Source: an uncultured delta proteobacterium (GTDB lineage Bacteria > Desulfobacterota > Binatia > UBA9968). From it: a stretch of DNA of 64,000 nt. Of this stretch, positions 57,578 to 64,000 are shown in pieces. Every line of letters begins with the position of its first letter. Position 1 is the stretch's first letter. The position numbers and the translations under genes are program-made. The notes beneath the pieces were generated by a model that was not told where the DNA came from, made no database searches, and saw nothing but the letters and a program-made list of their open reading frames with translations. The stretch covers positions 640,001 through 704,000 of the forward strand of contig CAVUVW010000013.1 in the NCBI GenBank assembly GCA_963745035.1, written 5' to 3'.

Positions 57578-58411
57578 ATGTCAGCGCTAAATCTAGCGGA
57601 ATCCCTCGATCACTTCGTCGTGCCGGTGGACGACCTGATTGCCGCCGAAGAGTTTTATGTGCGCGTCTTCGACGGCGTGATCACCAAGCGCAACGGCTTG
57701 AACGTGCGCCAGCGCAAGCGCGGCGCCGTGCCGCATACTTTCATTCAGATCGGCGGCAAGCGCATGGGCGTCTACCTCCAGAGCGACGAGCGGCCACGAC
57801 CGGCGAGCCCGCGCGGGCTGCCAACCTATTCGTTTACGACCACGTCCGCGGGGCTCGAACAAACCATTTCGGATCTGCGCGCCTTGCATGTCGATTTTGA
57901 AGGACCGGTGGCGCATGCGCAGAGCTTTGCCGATCGGACGATCTTTCTGACCGATCCCGCCGGCAACCATTACGCCGTCTATGCGCCGAAGACTTCGAGC
58001 GCGACTGCCGCCAAAACCGAAAGGCGCATCACCGGCGTCGGCTACATTGAGCTCGAAGCGCCCGACGTCGGCGCCTCGATCAATTTTTACGCCAAAGTGC
58101 TCGGCTTCGAAGTGCAGGCAGAAAACAATTCTCAGGCAACGCTCAAGATGGCGAGCGGTCAGACGCTGATCCTGACGCGCTCGCCGTTCTCCTCCAAGGG
58201 ACTGGTGATGAGCCGCAAGGTGCCCGGCCCGCACATCGCATTTTATGTTCCGGCGGCTAAATGGAGCGCGGCACTCGCCCATCTCGCACGGCTCGGAATT
58301 GCCAATGGCGATCGCGGCGCCGCCAAAGAACGCCACGACGGGCAAGGCGGAACCTACATGGACGATCCCGCCGGCTACGTTATTCAATTCATCACCGATG
58401 GAATGGAGTGA
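57578..58411 (+). CDS. Two-domain VOC (glyoxalase/dioxygenase) family protein
   Basis: LDHFVVPVDDL..FY, DPAGN; second domain FYAKVLG, HIAF, DPAGYVIQ. Confidence 0.85.
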   Translation: MSALNLAESLDHFVVPVDDLIAAEEFYVRVFDGVITKRNGLNVRQRKRGAVPHTFIQIGGKRMGVYLQSDERPRPASPRGLPTYSFTTTSAGLEQTISDLRALHVDFEGPVAHAQSFADRTIFLTDPAGNHYAVYAPKTSSATAAKTERRITGVGYIELEAPDVGASINFYAKVLGFEVQAENNSQATLKMASGQTLILTRSPFSSKGLVMSRKVPGPHIAFYVPAAKWSAALAHLARLGIANGDRGAAKERHDGQGGTYMDDPAGYVIQFITDGME

Positions 58412-58421
58412 GCGACCGCCC

Positions 58422-59258
58422 GTGACCGACCGGCAAAAACGCGCGCGCTTGCGCGAAATCCTCGCCGATCCCAAAGGTGCACTTGCGCCCGGCGTGACCG
58501 ACGCTTTGTTTGCGCGCCTGGCGCAGGACTGCGGCTATGCCGCCGTGCATCTTTCCGGCAACGCCGTTCATAAGAATTTTTGCCTCCCCGACCGCAACCT
58601 GTTGGGCGCCCATCAGATCGCTCAACGCGCCGCCGAGATTGCCGAAGCTACGGCGATACCGCTGATCGTCGATGGCGGACCGGCATGCATCGAGCCGCTC
58701 GCGCTCGCCCGCGCGGTGAGATTTTACGAGCGCGCCGGCGCCGCCGCGATCCGCTTCGAGGACGGCCTGCTCAACGAATACGGCGCGCCGGCGGAGGACT
58801 TGGCGGTTGCGCCGCAGTCTCTGATGACCGACCGGATCAAAGCCGCGGCGGATGCGCGCCGCGATCCATCTCTGGCGCTGATCGCTCGCTGCGACTCGCG
58901 GCCGAAGGAATCCTTGGCGCAGGTCGAGGACCGCCTGGCGGCGTACGCCGAAGCCGGCGCCGACGCTCTCGGCGTGCAGCTCGACGCCGCCGAAGAATTC
59001 CGGCGCATCGGTGCGGCGCCGCCGGCGCCGCTGGTCAGCATGTGGCCGCGGCCGCTCATGAGCGCGTTCGAGTTTTTCGACATCGGCTTCCGCGTCGCGC
59101 TCATGCCGTCGAGCGTGCCGCTGGCGGCGCTGACCGCGGCGCGCGAAATGCTTCTCCAATTGCGCCAAACCGGCATCGACCGGGGCTATTTCGCCGAACA
59201 AAAGGAATTTTCCCCGACCGAGCGCTGGTATAAAAATTTAGGCAAGGCCGGCAACTGA
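58422..59258 (+). CDS. Isocitrate lyase/PEP mutase superfamily protein
   Basis: PGVTDA, HLSG, PLIVD, FED, IARCD, AYAEAGAD. Confidence 0.85.
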   Translation: MTDRQKRARLREILADPKGALAPGVTDALFARLAQDCGYAAVHLSGNAVHKNFCLPDRNLLGAHQIAQRAAEIAEATAIPLIVDGGPACIEPLALARAVRFYERAGAAAIRFEDGLLNEYGAPAEDLAVAPQSLMTDRIKAAADARRDPSLALIARCDSRPKESLAQVEDRLAAYAEAGADALGVQLDAAEEFRRIGAAPPAPLVSMWPRPLMSAFEFFDIGFRVALMPSSVPLAALTAAREMLLQLRQTGIDRGYFAEQKEFSPTERWYKNLGKAGN

Positions 59259-59287
59259 CGGCGCCGAAAGATTCACGAGGAAACCGC

Positions 59288-59788
59288 ATGCTCAATGAAG
59301 TCGCGCTGCCACTCGCCTACCGGGTGACGCCCACCGGCCTCTATCTGATTTCCACCGCCCATGACGGCAAGCGCAACGTACAGTTCGCCTTTCGCGCGTT
59401 GGGCATCTCGGATGATCCGCCGCTCTTGTTGATCGGCATTCAGGAAAATAATTTCAGCCGCGAGATGATTCAGAAAAGCCGCGAATTCGTCGTCAACGTC
59501 TGCTCGGAAAACCAACTCCATGCCGTCAACCGCAGCCGCGATCTCTCCGGACGCAACGTGGAAGACAAATTTTTGGCCCTGGGCTTGGAAACGCTTGCGG
59601 CAAAGCATGTGCAAGCGCCGCTCGTCGCCGGCTGCCATGCCAATGTGGAATGCCGGTTGGTTCAGGAATTTTCCGTCGACGGCTTGTTTCTTTTCATCGG
59701 CGAAGCGCTCGCCGCCCACGTGGATGAGCAGGTGCCGCCTGTGGGCCGACTGGCGGGAAAAACTTTTCGGCTCGGCGAGCAGTTCTAG
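59288..59788 (+). CDS. Flavin reductase-like FMN-binding protein
   Basis: GLYLIST, PPLL, EFVVN, SGR..DKF, ECRL, FIGE. Confidence 0.85.
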   Translation: MLNEVALPLAYRVTPTGLYLISTAHDGKRNVQFAFRALGISDDPPLLLIGIQENNFSREMIQKSREFVVNVCSENQLHAVNRSRDLSGRNVEDKFLALGLETLAAKHVQAPLVAGCHANVECRLVQEFSVDGLFLFIGEALAAHVDEQVPPVGRLAGKTFRLGEQF

Positions 59789-59814
59789 TCCGCTCGAGCG
59801 TCAAAGGAGCACCC

Positions 59815-60882
59815 ATGGCGAAACAATCTAGATGGATCGTTCTGGCTTTGCTGAGCTGCGCGATGCTCGAGCCCAGGCCGGCCGGCGCCACGCCGTCGGA
59901 AGACGCTCTGGCCAGGATCAATCGGTTGCCGCCGGCAGAGCGGCAAGCGGCGCTGGTCAAAGAAGCAAAAAACGAAAAGAGCGTTGTCTGGTATGCGCCG
60001 ATGAACCGTGAAGATCTGCGCCAGTTCACCGGCGCCTTCGAGGCCGAATACCCGTTTCTGAAAGTCGAGATTCTGACCGGCGGTCCCCAGAGCCTGCTCA
60101 ACCGTATCTTGACCGAGCATCGCGCCGGGCGCCACAATTACGACACTCTCAATATCCGCAGCTCCGCGCTCTTTACACTCAAAAAAGCCAACGCCGTTGG
60201 GCGCTTCGATTCGCCCCACCGGCGCGGCCTGCGTCCCGGGTTTTACGATAAAGACGGCTACTTCAACGGCATATGGGCGTCGCTCATGGTCTTCCTGTTC
60301 AATGCCAAGCAGGTCAACAAAGCGGAGGCGCCGAAATCGATCAACGATCTATTGCAGCCGCGCTGGAAAGGGAAAATGGGCATCGATCAGGACGCCGACG
60401 ACTGGCTCGCCGCTTTGCTGGAATACTATGGCGATGACAAAGGCAGGCAAATCGCGCGCAGCCTCGGCGCGCAGGCCCTTCATATAAGAAAGGGCCGCAC
60501 CTTGGTTTCTCAACTCGTGGCGGCGGGCGAGTTCCCGTTGCAGATCGATGCCCATCATCACGAGGCCACTGCCCTGCGCCGAGCCGGCGCGCCCGTCGAC
60601 TACGTTTTTCCCGAGCCGTTCGTTCCGGTGAAATCGGTTTCTTCGCTCGTCATGTCCTCGCAGCCGCCCCATCCGCACGCGGCCGCGCTCCTGGTCGATT
60701 TCATGATTTCGCGCAAGGGCCAGGAGATCGCGTTCAAGCAGCGCCGCTGGCCGGCTCTCAAAGATCTCGCCGCCGGCGGTCCCGACGACGTCGGCAACCG
60801 CAACACTTTGGTCCCGGACGCGGAGAAGTGGGGTAGCCGGTACGAAGAGTTGGTCCAGTTAACGAAGGTGCTAGGCAGCTAG
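59815..60882 (+). CDS. Extracellular solute-binding protein (Fe/thiamine/polyamine cluster)
   Basis: Signal peptide; FEAEYP, PKSINDLL..WKGK, PHPHAAALLVDFMIS..GQ. Confidence 0.85.
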   Translation: MAKQSRWIVLALLSCAMLEPRPAGATPSEDALARINRLPPAERQAALVKEAKNEKSVVWYAPMNREDLRQFTGAFEAEYPFLKVEILTGGPQSLLNRILTEHRAGRHNYDTLNIRSSALFTLKKANAVGRFDSPHRRGLRPGFYDKDGYFNGIWASLMVFLFNAKQVNKAEAPKSINDLLQPRWKGKMGIDQDADDWLAALLEYYGDDKGRQIARSLGAQALHIRKGRTLVSQLVAAGEFPLQIDAHHHEATALRRAGAPVDYVFPEPFVPVKSVSSLVMSSQPPHPHAAALLVDFMISRKGQEIAFKQRRWPALKDLAAGGPDDVGNRNTLVPDAEKWGSRYEELVQLTKVLGS

Positions 60883-60940
60883 AGAGCGCTACATCAAGGC
60901 GTAAAACACGGGCTGCTATCACGCCCGGGTGAAGACTCAC

Positions 60941-62068
60941 TCACGATTCGTTCGACCGGCGCGCGCGGTGTCTTTCTTCTAAGCGCTCCGCCGCCACGAT
61001 CTGGCTCGATCGCATGCGTTCGAAGGAACGCGCGATCTCGCCGATTTCATCGGTTTGTTGAAGCGCCAGAGACGCGGAAAAATCTCCCTGGCTGATCCGC
61101 TCGGCGCGCTCGACGAGCTCGGTCCACCGTCGCTCCAGCGAGCGGGCGACCCGCAGTAACGCCGCGACCACGCCGAGTAACGAGAGAAGCGTCGCCGCCG
61201 CGACCAATACGACGACCCGCCGGGCTTCCGCCTCGATATCCTGCCGGCCAACTGCGACATGGACAAACCCTGATTCGCCTTCACCGGTGCGCCGCGCCGT
61301 TTCGTAAACGGTTACGCCGCGATACTCGTCGTCCATGCCTTGCAGTGCCCGCTCTGCCGAATCTGGAAAATCCCGGCGCAGATAACGCGGCAAATCCTTG
61401 GGCCAATGGCCGACGATTTGCCCGCTCGGGTCTTCAACGTAGGCATACGTCAGCTTGTTCTTCGAAGCGTACTTTTCAACCGCGCCGGCCACCTCGTTCA
61501 CGCGCCCGGCCGCCAATGCCGGCGCGATGATCTCGCGCAGCCCGAACACCATGACGTCGACGCGTTCTTTGGCTTGTCTCTCGATCGCTTGGCTGAGAAA
61601 GCCGTAGACGATCACGCAGATCACGATTCCGAATAGACTTGCGAGAGCGCCGATGAAAAATACCAGCTTGCGGACCAAGCCGAAGTGCTGCCGAGCGCCC
61701 GGCGCAGGCGCGGCATGACGCGGACGCCCCATGGACGAAATCGCCGGCGCTTTAGTACGCCTCCAGACGGGATCGTTCACGGTAACTTCGGGCGTGGCCT
61801 GGCTCATCGCCCGCTTCGCCCGGCCGACCATGAACCACAAAAGTCCGAGCGCAAGCGCCGCTCCCAAAACCGGCAATAAAAGAGCGCTGATCCGACTGTT
61901 GAGAACCGGATCGGACGGCGGCGCAAAAATCGCGGCGAGGGTGGCAAGAGCCCTGCCGAGAAAACGGCTCGCGCTCCAGCTCCACTGGCTGGAAAACGAG
62001 TAGTCCGCCAGAAGAGCGCAGAGGGCAAGCGAGATTATCGTCGGACCGGCTAATCTTCGATGTCGCAT
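60941..62068 (-). CDS. Membrane protein ending in a HAMP domain, no output domain
   Basis: TM segments; AERISQGDF..DEIGEIARSFERMR then stop; start uncertain. Confidence 0.7.
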   Translation of the reverse strand: MRHRRLAGPTIISLALCALLADYSFSSQWSWSASRFLGRALATLAAIFAPPSDPVLNSRISALLLPVLGAALALGLLWFMVGRAKRAMSQATPEVTVNDPVWRRTKAPAISSMGRPRHAAPAPGARQHFGLVRKLVFFIGALASLFGIVICVIVYGFLSQAIERQAKERVDVMVFGLREIIAPALAAGRVNEVAGAVEKYASKNKLTYAYVEDPSGQIVGHWPKDLPRYLRRDFPDSAERALQGMDDEYRGVTVYETARRTGEGESGFVHVAVGRQDIEAEARRVVVLVAAATLLSLLGVVAALLRVARSLERRWTELVERAERISQGDFSASLALQQTDEIGEIARSFERMRSSQIVAAERLEERHRARRSNES

Positions 62069-62233
62069 CAACTCAGATCGTCCTAGTTTTACCGAGGGCG
62101 CCGTGAGAACCACCCGGCGGAGCGCGCCAAGCCGCTCTCCCGGGCGCCAAGCGAATTTAAGAAACCGAGCGCTTCGCCCGACGTCACAAGCCGCGCGCTC
62201 CGCGGCGCGACTCCCAGGCAGAGATCTTACTTC

Positions 62234-63523
62234 TTATTCGCTCTGCCTGCCATCGCTTTGCAGCGCCTCCAGGGCTTTCTCAATCAATTGCCGTCTCAAC
62301 TTTTTTTCGTCCTCCGGCAGGAGACTCGCGTCGCCCACCACGTGCACGATGCCGTTGCCGAGCACCAGGCGATTGGCCCCGATCATTTTTGCGACCGGTA
62401 AAGCCGAGGTGATTTGCACCGTCGGGATACCGGCCTTTTCCAATTCAGTGGTGATCGCAGCGCCGCTGCGCGTGCTCGTCCCTCACGTGGAAGTGAGAAT
62501 CACCGCATCGACGCCGAGCTTTCTCGCCTTCTCCGCCATCTCGCGCCCCATGCGGCGGGTGTTGGACAGCGGATTGGCGAGACCCGACGTCGAGATGAAT
62601 TCACCGCACAACGCACCGATGGCGCCGTCGCTTTCGAGCTCGCGCATCACATCCAGCGGCACCAGCCGGTGGGGATCTTGCCGGACGAATTGCGGATCGT
62701 AGCCGCCGTGCGAGATCTCATAATCTTCGCCGCGCAGATCGTCGCGGCCCTCGATGTTGTAGGCGCCCCACCGTGTCGCCGCCGAGCCCTGGATCTTGTC
62801 CGGATTGCCCTTCGGCACCAGACCGCCGTCGGTGATCAGCATCACTTTCGCTTTTGCGAGGTCGCCGACCGGCGGCGGCATCGGTATGGGCGCGAACGCC
62901 GCCGGCGCCATTTCCGATTCGAACGGCCGGCCGGTGAATTTGGCCAATGCCATTTCGACCAACCGCTCTCCAGCGGTCTTCTCCACGAACTGATCGCGAA
63001 TCAAGCCGCGCGGGATGTAGCCCTCCTCTTTTGGCGAACCGATCCGTTGTTGCTGCATCAGCTTAGGGGCAAATTGCCCCATCTTCGCCAAGACCTCGCG
63101 CATCTTCCCGGCGTTGTCTCCCGAGTCGATGATGTACAAGGATTCACGGTAGAGATCGACGCCGGGATTCTCCGGCGCCATGGCCGTGATCGCCGGAATG
63201 CCGAGCTGCGCCTGCGCCGCGGCACAAAGCGCGCCGGCCGCCATGCCATATCGTCCGGCGAGAAAGCACGGACCTGCGACGAGCAGATCTGCGCGGCTCT
63301 CACGAATTTTCTCCAGCGCCGCGCCGACAAACGCCTCCTGCCGCTCTACCGCGTAGTTATCGCCGCACACCAGCGTGAGCACCACCTGCGAATCGGCGCC
63401 GAACGCCTGCGCGAGCAGCTGCCCGGGCCCGACCGCCTGCGCGCGCGCTTCAAGCGCCGCTCCCGCTTGCTCCTCGCCGCCGAGCCCGCCGAAAAACTGA
63501 TTCAGATAATGGGCGATGCGCAT
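62234..63523 (-). CDS. grdB: Glycine/sarcosine/betaine reductase selenoprotein B family; in-frame UGA (62483-62485) read as Sec
   Basis: HYLNQFFGGLGGEE, CGDNY, AGPCFLAGRYG, HGGYD, VDAVILTST-UGA-GTSTRSG..ELEKAGIP; downstream ORF 62234-62443 is in frame. Confidence 0.9.
62456..62482 (-). promoter_or_regulatory. Bacterial SECIS hairpin
   Basis: After UGA: GGGACGAGCACG-CGCAGC-GGC-GCTGCG; G-led apical loop 19 nt downstream of UGA. Confidence 0.7.
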
Positions 63524-63578
63524 ATTCAACACACTCTCAGGCACGGCATTCCCGTGTCCTGTTGTTGCCTGTTGCCTT

Positions 63579-64000
63579 TCAATACATTACCGACCGGAGC
63601 CGCGACGCGCCCTGCTGGTTGGCGACACCGACGACGTTGAGGGAATCGATCTCGAACGGACCGGCGAGCAGCTCCGCCAATCCGCTGTTGGCCGCAATCA
63701 CGCGCTCCACCCGCGGCAGCGTCCAGCTCGTGCTATTGCCGCCGATGCAGACGATCGCATCGACTTCGGGGAAGTTGAACAGCAGCGCCGATTCAACTCG
63801 CCGGTCGCGCGCTAGGTCGGTGACCTGCACCGAGGTCTTGACGCCGTCGCATTCCAACAACCGGGCGGTCTCGGACAAATCCGTATGCGGCACGCCGCCG
63901 CCGAACTTAGTCAGCACCGCGGCGTCGGCCTTGAGCGCCCATTTGACCAAATGGGCGGCAAAACGCGTGTTGCGCTCGCGGTCGAAATTGTCGGCCGACG
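63579..64000 (-). CDS. Reductase component B proprotein (GrdE family), 3' part; truncated by window edge
   Basis: ADAAVLTKFGGGVPHTDL, DAIVCIG, LPRVERVI, GVANQQG; directly upstream of grdB. Confidence 0.75.
   Translation of the reverse strand, partial: SADNFDRERNTRFAAHLVKWALKADAAVLTKFGGGVPHTDLSETARLLECDGVKTSVQVTDLARDRRVESALLFNFPEVDAIVCIGGNSTSWTLPRVERVIAANSGLAELLAGPFEIDSLNVVGVANQQGASRLRSVMY

Noticed and set aside
62483-62485. grdB as a pseudogene with a premature stop
   Set aside because: The UGA sits at the family's Sec position, the frame continues, and a SECIS-like hairpin follows.

Overview
GC-rich bacterial chromosome segment with a Deltaproteobacteria-like gene repertoire; the taxonomy is inferred, not verified. 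Positions 1-43 kb form a large Wzy-type exopolysaccharide locus: wza, wzc, a polymerase/ligase, a priming glycosyltransferase (GT), many GT2/GT4 enzymes, rmlACBD, two wecB paralogs, a nucleotide-sugar dehydrogenase, and asnB/CapK/CapA/methyltransferase/GlpD tailoring genes. Its regulation is unusually layered: five sigma-54 (-24/-12) promoters, two sigma-54 two-component pairs (one PrsK/PrsR-like with a kinase lacking its membrane sensor), a NusG/RfaH paralog, and two GEMM-I cyclic-dinucleotide riboswitches. One riboswitch has G20 (c-di-GMP type) and leads the biosynthetic/tailoring operon; the other has A20 (cGAMP type) and leads two secreted carbohydrate-interacting proteins. Positions 43-64 kb hold secA (with a ~280-aa helical insertion), murI, an SPL-like radical SAM gene, a TPR-lytic transglycosylase, a sensor kinase, a small catabolic operon, and a GrdB-like selenoprotein (in-frame UGA plus SECIS) with UxxSxxS in place of UxxCxxC. 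Several genes, including essential secA, carry 1-2 nt frameshifts that are most likely sequencing errors.
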